Source: an uncultured Planctomycetaceae bacterium
GTDB taxonomy: Bacteria; Planctomycetota; Phycisphaerae; SM23-33
Direction: 5' to 3'
Length of the DNA stretch: 64,000 nt
Assembly: GCA_964427875.1 (NCBI GenBank)
Contig: CAYRVX010000009.1
Location: 27,600 to 91,599, forward strand
In this document: positions 1 to 8,543 of the stretch, piece after piece
How the letters are laid out: each line of letters starts with the position of its first letter
How positions within the stretch are numbered: position 1 is the first letter of the stretch
Program-made: the position numbers and the translations under genes
Notes under the pieces: model-generated
What the model was told of the DNA's origin: nothing
Seen by the model: the letters and a program-made list of their open reading frames with translations, nothing else
Databases searched by the model: none

Positions 1-109
1 TTGCTTGAGGTGCCGGAGCCGCTGGAACGAACCGGTGTCGATGACGCGGCGTTCCAGATCACTCAGGCGGATCGCCCCATGGATCCCGTCGACGACGATG
101 GTGTCGCGA

Positions 110-610
110 TCATTGCTGCCCGAGGAGTTCATGCTCGCGGAGCTTCCCCAGTGCCTCCCCGATCTCGTCGGGCGTGAAATCCTTCCCAAAGCGCTTCAGC
201 GTCTCGGCAATGCTGTCCCGGTCTTGCTCGGAGGCTCGGCCGTGGTCCACCACGAAATGCACGGACGCCAACAGCTCCAACCTTCGCGCCACGACGTCTC
301 GGTCCTCATCCTCGATGAAGAGATCCTTGAGCTTCGCGAGCCTGCTTCTTGAGCGCTCGTCCAGCTCCCAGTCGTCGCAGTCATCCGATCCCGCTGATCC
401 CTCATCGGCAAAGACGAATACGTCCTTCGTCAAACCAGGCGAATACGGACCGCGTAGGTACCACCGGAACATGTAACCCAGCTGGACTCCGGCAGCCTGA
501 CACAGGTAAGTGGCCTTCTGGACGATCAGCCGATCGTTGAACGACCCCATCTTGACACGAAGGCCGATGGCATCGAACGCCAGCTTCGTTGCGATCTGAG
601 ACAGGTCCAT
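110..610 (-). CDS. Panacea-domain (DUF4065)-like protein, possible antitoxin-type module component
   Basis: N-terminal motif L-x-VQK-x-YLCQ ... WYLRGPYSP...DVF resembles the Panacea/SocA-like core (KLQKLLY...AW.HGPV.P.VY). Acidic C-terminus. 166 aa. Lies at the window edge, so the neighbouring gene cannot be seen. Confidence 0.4.
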   Translation of the reverse strand: MDLSQIATKLAFDAIGLRVKMGSFNDRLIVQKATYLCQAAGVQLGYMFRWYLRGPYSPGLTKDVFVFADEGSAGSDDCDDWELDERSRSRLAKLKDLFIEDEDRDVVARRLELLASVHFVVDHGRASEQDRDSIAETLKRFGKDFTPDEIGEALGKLREHELLGQQ

Positions 611-762
611 GACAGTTCCCTTTCAGCCCGGCTCTGTTAGGGATATGATAGGGCACTGCTACAGTATCGTCTCTCGGTGACACTGAAGTCCAAGCTTTTT
701 TCGGCCCTTTCTCGGAGCAGTGGTGCAGGCCGCCTTCGTGGCCCGATAGGCCCCAGGCGGAC

Positions 763-791
763 CAAGCGGGCTGGCGTTGCCTTGCCAGCCC
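763..791 (-). terminator. GC-rich hairpin directly after the ppdK stop (possible intrinsic terminator without a U-tract)
   Basis: Perfect 10-bp inverted repeat gcgggctggc / gccagcccgc with an 8-nt loop, about 40 nt downstream of the ppdK stop on the minus strand. No T-run, as is common in high-GC genomes. Confidence 0.3.
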
Positions 792-831
792 GCCTGCTGA
801 GTCTCCTGATGCTGTGCTTTGTGAAGGGGAT

Positions 832-3480
832 CTACTTCCTCTTGCCCTTCTTCTTCGGGTGGTTGATCGCGGCCTGGGCGGCGGCGAGGCGGGCGACGGG
901 GACGCGGTAGGGCGAGCAGGAGACGTAGTCCAGGCCGACCATGTGGCAGAACTCGACGCTGCTGGGCTCGCCGCCGTGCTCGCCGCAGATGCCTATCTTG
1001 AGGTCCGGGCGTGTGGCCCGGCCCTTCTCGACGGCGATGCGAACCAGCTCGCCGACGCCGCGGCGGTCGAGCACCTGGAACGGGTCGTGGTCGTAGATGC
1101 CCAGCTCGACGTACTGCTTGAGGAACCGCCCGGCGTCGTCGCGGCTGAACCCGCAGCCCATCTGCGTCAGGTCGTTGGTGCCGAAGCTGAAGAACTCGGC
1201 CTCCTCGGCGACCTCGTCGGCGGTCAGGGCGCCGCGGGGCACCTCGATCATCGTGCCGATCTTCAGGTACGCCAGCCTGCGGCCTTTCTTGGCGGCGATC
1301 TCGTCGTAGACGTCCAGGACGATCTGCTTCTGGTGGGCCAGCTCCTTGACGTTGCCCACCAGTGGGATCATGATCTCCGGCTTGGCCCCGCGGACGGCGT
1401 AGGCCGCCTCGATGATCGCGCGGGCCTGGACGGCGGTGATCTCGGGATAGTAGATGCCCAGCCGGCAGCCGCGATGTCCGAGCATCGGGTTGAACTCGTG
1501 GAGGCTCTCGACCTTCTCCTTGATCTTTCGGGGCGAGACGCCCATGGCCTTTGCCATTTCGGCCTGCCCGGCTGCATCGTGCGGCACGAACTCGTGCAGC
1601 GGCGGGTCGAGGAAGCGGATGGTGGCCGGGCGGCCCTTCAGGGCCTTGAAGATGCCGATGAAGTCCTTTCGCTGGAGTGGCAGGAGCTCCTTGAGGGCCT
1701 TTCGGCGTCCGGCCTCGTCGTCGGCGAGGATCATCTTCCGCATGGAGACGATGCGCTTGCCCTCGAAGAACATGTGCTCGGTTCGGGTCAGGCCGATGCC
1801 CTCGGCGCCGAACCGGACGGCCACGGCCGTGTCGTGCGGCGTGTCCGCGTTGGTGCGGACGCCGAGCGTGCGGTGCTTGTCGGCGAGCTTCATGATCGTG
1901 CCGAACGGCCCGGTGAGCTCCGGATCGACGGTCTTGATCTGGCCGGCGTACACGGCGCCGATGGAGCCGTTGAGGCTGATCCAGTCGCCTTCCCTCAGCG
2001 TCTTGCCTCCGGCGGTGAGGGTCTTCTTCTTGTAGTCGATAGCGGCGTCCTCGCAGCCGGCGACGCAGCACTTGCCCATGCCTCGCGCGACGACGGCGGC
2101 GTGGCTGGTCATGCCGCCGCGGCTGGTGAGGATGCCCTTTGCCGCGTCCATTCCGCCGATGTCCTCGGGGCTCGTCTCGATGCGGACGAGGATGACGCGC
2201 TTGCCGACGTCGTGCCATTCCTCGGCCTCACGGGCGTTGAAGACGATCTGCCCCGTGGCCGCGCCGGGGCTGGCGGGAAGGCCCCTGGCGATCATCGGGG
2301 CGGCCTTCTCGCTCCTGGCGTCGAAGGTCGGGTGCAGCAACTGGTCCAGCGCCATGGCCTCGACGCGGCAGACGGCTTCCTTCTCCGTGATCAGGCCTTT
2401 CCTCATCATGTCCACGGCGCACTTGACGGCCGCGGCGGCCGTCCGCTTGCCCGTCCGCGTCTGGAGCATGAACAGCTCGCCCTGCTCGATCGTGAACTCC
2501 ACGTCCTGCATGTCGCGGTAGTGGTCCTCGAGCTGCTTGCGAATGGCCACGAGCTGCCTGTAGCACTTGCGGTCCACCTTGGCGAGCGTCGCGATGGGCT
2601 GGGGCGTGCGGATGCCGGCCACCACGTCCTCGCCCTGGGCGTTCATCAGGTACTCGCCGTAGAAGACGTTCGCCCCGGTGGCCGGGTCGCGCGTGAACGC
2701 CACGCCCGTGCCGGAAGTGGCGCCCATGTTCCCGAAGACCATGGTCTGGACGTTGACGGCCGTGCCGAGCAGGCCGCGAATGTCGTTCAACTGGCGGTAC
2801 TTGATCGCCCGCGGGTTGTTCCACGAGCCGAACACCGCGTCGATGGCCTCCTGGAGCTGCTGGCGGGCGTCCTGCGGGAAGCGCTTCCTGGACTTCTTAT
2901 AGACCTTCGCGTACCCGTCGATGACGGCCTTGAGCCCGTCCACGTCGAGGTCGGTGTCCAGCTTGACCTTCCTGGCCTTCTTGACCTTCTCCAGCGCGTG
3001 CTCGAAGTCCTCGTGCTCCATGCCGAGGACCACGTCGCCGAACATCTGCACCAGGCGTCGATACGCGTCCCAGACGAACCGCTCGTTGCCGGTCAGGTCG
3101 ATCATCGCCCGGAGCGTCTCGTCGTTGAGGCCGAGGTTCAGGACGGTGTCCATCATGCCGGGCATGGAGACGGCCGCCCCGGAGCGAACTGACATGAGCA
3201 GGGGGTTGGGTCCGCGGCCGAACGTCTTGCCCGTGAGCTTCTCCAGCTTCCTGATGTTCGCGTCGATCTGCGGGGCGATCTCCCTGGGGTACTTGCGCCC
3301 GAGCCTGTAGAACGCGTCGCACGTTTCGGTGGTGATGGTGAACCCCGGGGGCACGGGGATGCCCAGGGCGCTCATCTCCGCGAGGTTGGCGCCCTTGCCG
3401 CCCAGCAGCTCCTTCATGGCGGCCCGGCCCTCGGCCTTGCCGCCGCCGAAGAAATACACGTACTTCTTTGTCTTGGCCAT
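832..3480 (-). CDS. ppdK: pyruvate, phosphate dikinase
   Basis: 882 aa. N-terminus MAKTKKYVYFFGGG...GGKGANLAEM, PEP-utilising enzyme motifs, central His-domain motif GGMTSHAAVVARG, C-terminal TIM-barrel motifs. Confidence 0.95.
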   Translation of the reverse strand: MAKTKKYVYFFGGGKAEGRAAMKELLGGKGANLAEMSALGIPVPPGFTITTETCDAFYRLGRKYPREIAPQIDANIRKLEKLTGKTFGRGPNPLLMSVRSGAAVSMPGMMDTVLNLGLNDETLRAMIDLTGNERFVWDAYRRLVQMFGDVVLGMEHEDFEHALEKVKKARKVKLDTDLDVDGLKAVIDGYAKVYKKSRKRFPQDARQQLQEAIDAVFGSWNNPRAIKYRQLNDIRGLLGTAVNVQTMVFGNMGATSGTGVAFTRDPATGANVFYGEYLMNAQGEDVVAGIRTPQPIATLAKVDRKCYRQLVAIRKQLEDHYRDMQDVEFTIEQGELFMLQTRTGKRTAAAAVKCAVDMMRKGLITEKEAVCRVEAMALDQLLHPTFDARSEKAAPMIARGLPASPGAATGQIVFNAREAEEWHDVGKRVILVRIETSPEDIGGMDAAKGILTSRGGMTSHAAVVARGMGKCCVAGCEDAAIDYKKKTLTAGGKTLREGDWISLNGSIGAVYAGQIKTVDPELTGPFGTIMKLADKHRTLGVRTNADTPHDTAVAVRFGAEGIGLTRTEHMFFEGKRIVSMRKMILADDEAGRRKALKELLPLQRKDFIGIFKALKGRPATIRFLDPPLHEFVPHDAAGQAEMAKAMGVSPRKIKEKVESLHEFNPMLGHRGCRLGIYYPEITAVQARAIIEAAYAVRGAKPEIMIPLVGNVKELAHQKQIVLDVYDEIAAKKGRRLAYLKIGTMIEVPRGALTADEVAEEAEFFSFGTNDLTQMGCGFSRDDAGRFLKQYVELGIYDHDPFQVLDRRGVGELVRIAVEKGRATRPDLKIGICGEHGGEPSSVEFCHMVGLDYVSCSPYRVPVARLAAAQAAINHPKKKGKRK

Positions 3481-3757
3481 CGAGTTTCACTCCGCATGTC
3501 TGGGTTTACAGGGAACAACAGGGGATGGGAGTGTAGGCACAGCGGGCTGACGTGTCAACGGCTTTTGCGCGCCGAAGAAGCGCGCAGGGCGGCAAGGCCC
3601 GGCTGGCAAAGGGCGCTTCGCCGGCTGAGGTTCTCCAGCGACTCGACGTGCGGTATCGTCTGCTGCGGCGGATCAGCGTGCCTCGGCTGATACTCCGGCC
3701 TCACCAAGGCTCAGGGCTTACCTTTAACAAGCAGTTTCAGGCTCCTCTCACACTTTC

Positions 3758-3786
3758 AGTGTATCACCGAGGCCCACAGGAGTCAA
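3758..3786 (-). promoter_or_regulatory. sigma70-like promoter candidate upstream of ppdK (TTGACT, 17-nt spacer, TACACT on minus strand)
   Basis: Reverse complement of agtgta(3758-3763)...agtcaa(3781-3786). Lies in a relatively AT-rich 360-bp intergenic region. Would imply a ~270-nt leader. Confidence 0.2.
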
Positions 3787-3844
3787 CGCACAAATTGATA
3801 ATACTTGGGATAATCCTAATAGCCTGTATGCGGCGCTGGGAGGC

Positions 3845-5947
3845 TCAGCGCGGCTTGCCCGCGAGCTTGTGGCGTTCGGCCGCTTCCTTGGCGCAGATGA
3901 CTCGGCTGTGGATGGCGACGTGATCGAGCGTGCCGGCCCAGTCGCGGCTGTCTCGCCACTCGTCGCCGAACAGCAGGTGCTGGGCGGACCAGTTGCTGAA
4001 GTCCCCGCGGACCGCGCCGGCGTCGAGGACGCGCCGGCCGTTGAGGTAGCACACCAGCCGCCCCGGAGAGTAGCTGACGATCACGTGGTGCGTCTTGCCG
4101 GCCTCGAGCTTACAGAGCGTGCTCTCCGGGCGCATGCCGTTCTCGCCGGTCCGCGGCGTTCGCAGGCGCAGGATGAGCCGGTCTCGCTCCTGGCCGATCG
4201 TGAAGTTGCGGTGGTACGCGTCGGTGGAGAACGAGACGATCCGCGCCGGCCCGCCCTGGCGGACGTTCGCGGGCGTGATCCTCGCCTCGATGCTCAGTTG
4301 GTGGCTCTTGCGGCAGGCGCTCAGCAGCGGCTCATCGGCCCCCTGGGCGATCATCGCCCCGCCGGTCACGTCCATGGCGCCATTCGGGCTCATCTTGGCT
4401 TTACCTCGCGGCCGCACGCGGCAGTTGAAGACTACCGTGCCCTTGGGACCGGTTATCTGGTTGGTCGAACCCGCGCGCGGCCACAAGAAGGCCAGCGCAT
4501 CGCGGTTGCCCGGCCAGGCGCCGGTCATCTTCGGGGCGGGGGCGTCGTGGAGCTTGTCCGTCTCGGAGCTGCCCCTGACGGGCCCGGCGGGCTTATACGT
4601 CCGGGCCGCCGCGGTGCGGCCGCCAGGGCGAACGGACAGCACGACCATGTGCCCGTCGCGGTCCTTGCAGCAGATCAGCCCGTCGGAGAGGCACACGTGC
4701 GGATAGCACGTGCCGCGACAGATCCGCTCGACGCGGCCCAGCTCCGTGTACCGCCCCTGGCTCGGGCGGGCGTCGATGAGCACCAGCTTGCCGTTGCCCC
4801 AGACGATCACCTTCTGGTCGCTGGTGACGAGGCACGAGCCGTGGGAGAAGCTTCCCCCCCGCCAGAGGGTCCGGGCCGTGGCGAGGTCCAGGCACTTGAC
4901 CGCCCCGTCCACCGTGATGATCCGGTCCCCGTGGATCACCGGGCTGCACACCTTCGAGTGCTGGCGCGTGGTCCACTTCTGCCGGGCCCCGTTCATCGAG
5001 ATCTCGATCAGGCCGGTCCTGCTGACGTTGTAGTCCGACGTGAGCACGACGCGGCTGCCCGCGACGGCCGGCGTGGGGATGTTGTTTGCGAAGTCCGTCT
5101 GCCAGTGGAACGTCGCGACGGTCTTGCCTTCGTTGCCCTCATCGGCCCGCATGACGACGAGCCTGAACAAGGCCAGGTTGGCGATGCAGTCGATGCCGCC
5201 CACCTTCATGAGCAGGGGCCCGCCGGTGTGCCCGCCCGGCTCGCGAAACTCCGAGGCCCACCGCCGCCGGCCGGTCTTCTTCTCGAACGCCATCACCGTC
5301 CCGTCGCTGCTGGCCACCTCGACGATCACCAGGTCCCCGTGGATCAGCGGCGCGGAGGTGTGCCCGTAGTCGCGCCTTCCCGCCCCGGCGTCCGGGCGCT
5401 GGCGGATCTTGCAGACTTCGTGGAAGTTCTTGGCCCAGACGAGCCGCCCGCCGTTGCCGGTGTCCCAGCAGCGCAGGTCCCCGTCGATGCTCAGCGTGTA
5501 GAGCCGGCCCGTCTCCTTGTCGAACGTCGGGGTGGACGACGGCCCGCCGTAGGCGCCCGTATCGCCCGTGCGCAGTCGGCCCTGGTACCGGCAGGGATAC
5601 GTCTGCTTCCAGATCTCCCTGCCGCCGGCCGCGTCGAAACAGTACAGCGTGTCCGTGCCGCCGGGGCCGCGCCTGCCCCCGCGGGCATGCCAGCCCATCA
5701 CGTACAGCCGCCCGCCCACGATGATCGCCGACGTGCACCCCTTGCCGACGTTCCTCTCCCAGAGCTTCACGGGCGGCCAGCCGCCGGGGTGGCCGGAGCT
5801 TTCCAGCGCAACGTCGTCGCGGTTCGGCCCGCGCCACTGCGGCCAGTCGGCCCCCGCCGCGGGCCCCGCGACGCAGGCCGCCAGGAGGATGCAGGTCATC
5901 TTCGAGGTCAGGGCTTCCATTGATCGACCGGACGCTCTCATTGGCAC
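3845..5947 (-). CDS. secreted PQQ-like beta-propeller repeat protein with C-terminal LamG/concanavalin-like domain
   Basis: Signal peptide (MTCILLAACVAGPAAGA). Repeated motifs WPQWRG...GG.LYV...LYCFDAA.G..W (PQQ/BamB-like propeller blades). C-terminal region has laminin-G-like features. Start could be at 5920 or 5899 instead. Confidence 0.7.
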   Translation of the reverse strand: MPMRASGRSMEALTSKMTCILLAACVAGPAAGADWPQWRGPNRDDVALESSGHPGGWPPVKLWERNVGKGCTSAIIVGGRLYVMGWHARGGRRGPGGTDTLYCFDAAGGREIWKQTYPCRYQGRLRTGDTGAYGGPSSTPTFDKETGRLYTLSIDGDLRCWDTGNGGRLVWAKNFHEVCKIRQRPDAGAGRRDYGHTSAPLIHGDLVIVEVASSDGTVMAFEKKTGRRRWASEFREPGGHTGGPLLMKVGGIDCIANLALFRLVVMRADEGNEGKTVATFHWQTDFANNIPTPAVAGSRVVLTSDYNVSRTGLIEISMNGARQKWTTRQHSKVCSPVIHGDRIITVDGAVKCLDLATARTLWRGGSFSHGSCLVTSDQKVIVWGNGKLVLIDARPSQGRYTELGRVERICRGTCYPHVCLSDGLICCKDRDGHMVVLSVRPGGRTAAARTYKPAGPVRGSSETDKLHDAPAPKMTGAWPGNRDALAFLWPRAGSTNQITGPKGTVVFNCRVRPRGKAKMSPNGAMDVTGGAMIAQGADEPLLSACRKSHQLSIEARITPANVRQGGPARIVSFSTDAYHRNFTIGQERDRLILRLRTPRTGENGMRPESTLCKLEAGKTHHVIVSYSPGRLVCYLNGRRVLDAGAVRGDFSNWSAQHLLFGDEWRDSRDWAGTLDHVAIHSRVICAKEAAERHKLAGKPR

Positions 5948-6065
5948 GCCTTTCCCAGGACGCTCGTCCCGTGCGGCGAGGTGAAGCTACTGGATTGAAC
6001 CACGGTCACGGGAGACGGGCAACGGCGGGGAACTCGCCTTTTTCAGGCGAACGGTTCGCCCCGGA

Positions 6066-6262
6066 AGAACGCGGCGAGCAACCTGCCTGCCGGCAGGCAG
6101 GGCTCGCCCGCTAAACGCTCCGCGAGACCGACCTCAGCGGCGCCTGACGACGTCTCCCCCGTTTAGCGGCGGGGCTTGCCCCGCGCGTCTTCGAGTCTTC
6201 GAGTCGCCCCGCGCGCCTTCCTTGTAATCCCCCCGCGGCGCGATTACGATGCCAACGATGAT
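6066..6262. repeat. ~200-bp direct repeat, copy 1, carrying a REP doublet (REPIN) immediately upstream of the RAYT gene
   Basis: About 93% identical to 6887-7100. Contains inverted REP units gcccgctaaacg (about 6105-6117) and cgtttagcggcggg (about 6160-6174). Confidence 0.75.
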
Positions 6263-6845
6263 CCTCGCCTACCATTCCATCTTCAGCGCGTACGGGTTCT
6301 GGCTCCCCAACGACCCCCGCGGATCCTGGTCGGACTTCGTCCGCAGTTGGGAGCTCTTCCGCTTCGGCAAGGCAACGAAGGTTGATCTCAGGCGGTCGGT
6401 GGCACGCGCCGAGCACGACGTCGCCCTCCGTCTCCGCGCGAAGCGGAGCTTGCGCTATCCCCCGGTCGCCTTCACCGGCCCCCAGGCCCGCGCGGTCGGC
6501 CGGGGCTTCGCCGAGGCCGTGGGCGAAGCGAACTACGTCGTCCACGCATGCTCGGTCCTGCCGGAGCACGTGCATCTGGTGATCGCCCGCCACCGGCGCA
6601 GTATTCAGCGGATCGTCGGACACCTCAAGGCGAGGGCGACGCAGCACCTGACGGCCGAGGGCCTGCATCCACTGACGGAGCATGCACGAGGCGACGGCAC
6701 CCTCCCTTCTCCCTGGGCGCGGCGGGGATGGAACGTGTACCTGGACGATCCCAAGCACCTGCGAAACGCCGTGCGGTACGTGGAGGCCAATCCGATCAGG
6801 GAGGGAAACCCGAGGCAGCGCTGGAGCTTTGTTACGCCGCTGTGA
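6249..6845 (+). CDS. REP-associated tyrosine transposase (RAYT; IS200-like Y1 HuH transposase)
   Basis: 198 aa with HuH motif (EHVHLVI) and conserved Tyr region (NAVRYVEANP). N-terminus MPTMILAYHSIFSAYGFW is typical of the Y1_Tnp fold. Flanked by REP doublets. Confidence 0.8.
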   Translation: MPTMILAYHSIFSAYGFWLPNDPRGSWSDFVRSWELFRFGKATKVDLRRSVARAEHDVALRLRAKRSLRYPPVAFTGPQARAVGRGFAEAVGEANYVVHACSVLPEHVHLVIARHRRSIQRIVGHLKARATQHLTAEGLHPLTEHARGDGTLPSPWARRGWNVYLDDPKHLRNAVRYVEANPIREGNPRQRWSFVTPL

Positions 6846-6886
6846 TGGCGTTGGCGGGACGTTGGGGTTCGGGTGCGTCCTCCCGC

Positions 6887-7100
6887 GGGAAGAAACGCGG
6901 CGAGCAACCTGCCTGCCGGCAGGCAGGGCTCGCCCGCTAAACGCTCCGCGAGACCGACCTCAGCGGCGCCTGACGACGTCTCCCCCGTTTAGCGGCGGGG
7001 CTTGCCCCGCGCGCCTTCGCGTCTTCGAGTCTTCGAGTCGCCCCGCGCGCCTTCTTGTAATCCCGTCCCGGCGCCGTTACGATGCGAACCATGATCCTCT
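6887..7100. repeat. ~200-bp direct repeat, copy 2 (REPIN plus duplicated RAYT 5' end)
   Basis: Near-identical to 6066-6262. The repeat runs into a duplicated RAYT start (atgcgaaccatgatcctc versus atgccaacgatgatcctc). Confidence 0.75.
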
Positions 7101-7102
7101 CA

Positions 7103-8500
7103 ATGGAAAGGCAGTGTCTCTCTGTCTTCTGTATCTCGCTCGCATGGGTCTCCACCGCCGCCGCCGCGGCGCCCGAGACCCGACCGGCCCCGCCGCAGTG
7201 GGGCACGAGCAAGGCCGGAGTGCAGATATCCCTGTCCGTGCCGGGGCCGATCCGCACCGGCGGGAAGTTCGAGGCCCACGTGGCCGTGCGGAACGTCGGA
7301 TCGGCCGCGGTGGCCCTGCCGGCCGCCAAGGACGTCTTCGGCTGGCTGCTGCTCCTCTACAGCCGCGACAACGCGTACGTTACCGGGAAGGTCTTTCCCG
7401 CGGCGGAGCTGGCTCCGGGCAAGTGGCCGGGCGAACTGCCCGGCGGCGGGACGATCCGCCTCAAACCGACGGACCTCTCGGCCCTGAACGCATATTCCTA
7501 CGACAAGCGTCGGGCGGTTTACACCGCCTACCTGAAGCCCGAGAGCGGCGCGGCCCTTCCGGCGGCGGACGGCAAGCTCGCCGACAAGCTCTCGCCCGGC
7601 AGCGCCAGGGCGCGGTTCATGCTGTACGTCCCCCGCCCCAACGAAAGCCCCCTGCTGCTCAGCTCCAACGTGATCGAGCTGGAGATCGCCCCGCCGGACT
7701 TCTCCAAACTTTCGCCCGACGCGCAGAGGGAATTCGCCGCCCGCCTCCTCAAGAAGTTCGACAAGGACGCGTGGGCCGCCATGAATGCGCACGGCCAGGC
7801 CGTGGGGATAGGAGCGCCGATCGTGCCCTACCTGATCGAGGGCGTTCGGCAGCGCAGGCGGCCGGGCTACTCCCGGCTTTGGCTGGCAACGGCCCTGGCC
7901 GACATCCGCTGCGAGGCCTCGGCCGCCGAGCTGATCCGCCTGCTCGACGATCCGTCCGGCGGCGTGCGAAGCGTGGTGGGCTACCACGGGCCGAAGCAGC
8001 ACAGCGCCAAGCTCGACGCGGCCATCATCGACAAGATCTCCAGGGAGAAGAGCACCTCCACCGTCTCCTACACGCTGCTGGGCTTCATGGTATTTCGGAA
8101 GCGCGTCCCGGAGGAGCTGCTGGCCGTCAGCTTCGAGAGCGCCGACCCCCGCGCCCGCGCGACCTTCGCCGCGGCCCTCAAAGGCCGGGCGAGCGACTTC
8201 AACGTCTCGCGCCTGACCGCGCTGCTGGCCGACGAGAACGAGCGGGTGCGATCCGCCGCCGCCAAGGCCTTGGGCGCGATGAACCGGCCGAGCGCGCCGC
8301 TCATCGCCGCCCTCGTCCGCTCGCTCCAGGCGCCGGGCGAGCACGCCCGCAAGAGCATCGCCGACGCGCTCGGCCAACTCACCGACCGGAAGGCCCCCTA
8401 CGACCCCAAGGCCGACGAGGAAACCAGGCGGAAGGTCATCCAGGGCTGGAAGGACTGGTGGGCCGAGAAGGTCACCAAGGCAGCCAACGAGCGAAACTGA
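7103..8500 (+). CDS. secreted HEAT/PBS-lyase-like repeat protein
   Basis: Signal peptide (MERQCLSVFCISLAWVSTAAAAA). C-terminal HEAT-like repeats (DPSGGVRS..., ENERVRSAAAKALGAM...). The alternative in-frame start at 7082 (MRTMIL) comes from the duplicated RAYT start. Confidence 0.6.
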   Translation: MERQCLSVFCISLAWVSTAAAAAPETRPAPPQWGTSKAGVQISLSVPGPIRTGGKFEAHVAVRNVGSAAVALPAAKDVFGWLLLLYSRDNAYVTGKVFPAAELAPGKWPGELPGGGTIRLKPTDLSALNAYSYDKRRAVYTAYLKPESGAALPAADGKLADKLSPGSARARFMLYVPRPNESPLLLSSNVIELEIAPPDFSKLSPDAQREFAARLLKKFDKDAWAAMNAHGQAVGIGAPIVPYLIEGVRQRRRPGYSRLWLATALADIRCEASAAELIRLLDDPSGGVRSVVGYHGPKQHSAKLDAAIIDKISREKSTSTVSYTLLGFMVFRKRVPEELLAVSFESADPRARATFAAALKGRASDFNVSRLTALLADENERVRSAAAKALGAMNRPSAPLIAALVRSLQAPGEHARKSIADALGQLTDRKAPYDPKADEETRRKVIQGWKDWWAEKVTKAANERN

Positions 8501-8543
8501 CCGCCGGGGAGCTCACCGCATACCAGGAGAGGCACGCAAGATC

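Noticed and set aside
659-3192. Long ORFs 659-2218 (-) and 814-3192 (+), Arg/Ala/Gly-rich
   Set aside because: They overlap the ppdK gene (out of frame, or antisense for the + strand ORF). The composition (runs of R, G, P, A) is typical of off-frame translation of high-GC coding DNA. No recognisable motifs.
3869-5923. 684-aa + strand ORF
   Set aside because: Antisense to the PQQ-propeller gene. Low-complexity A/G/R/P-rich. High-GC artefact.
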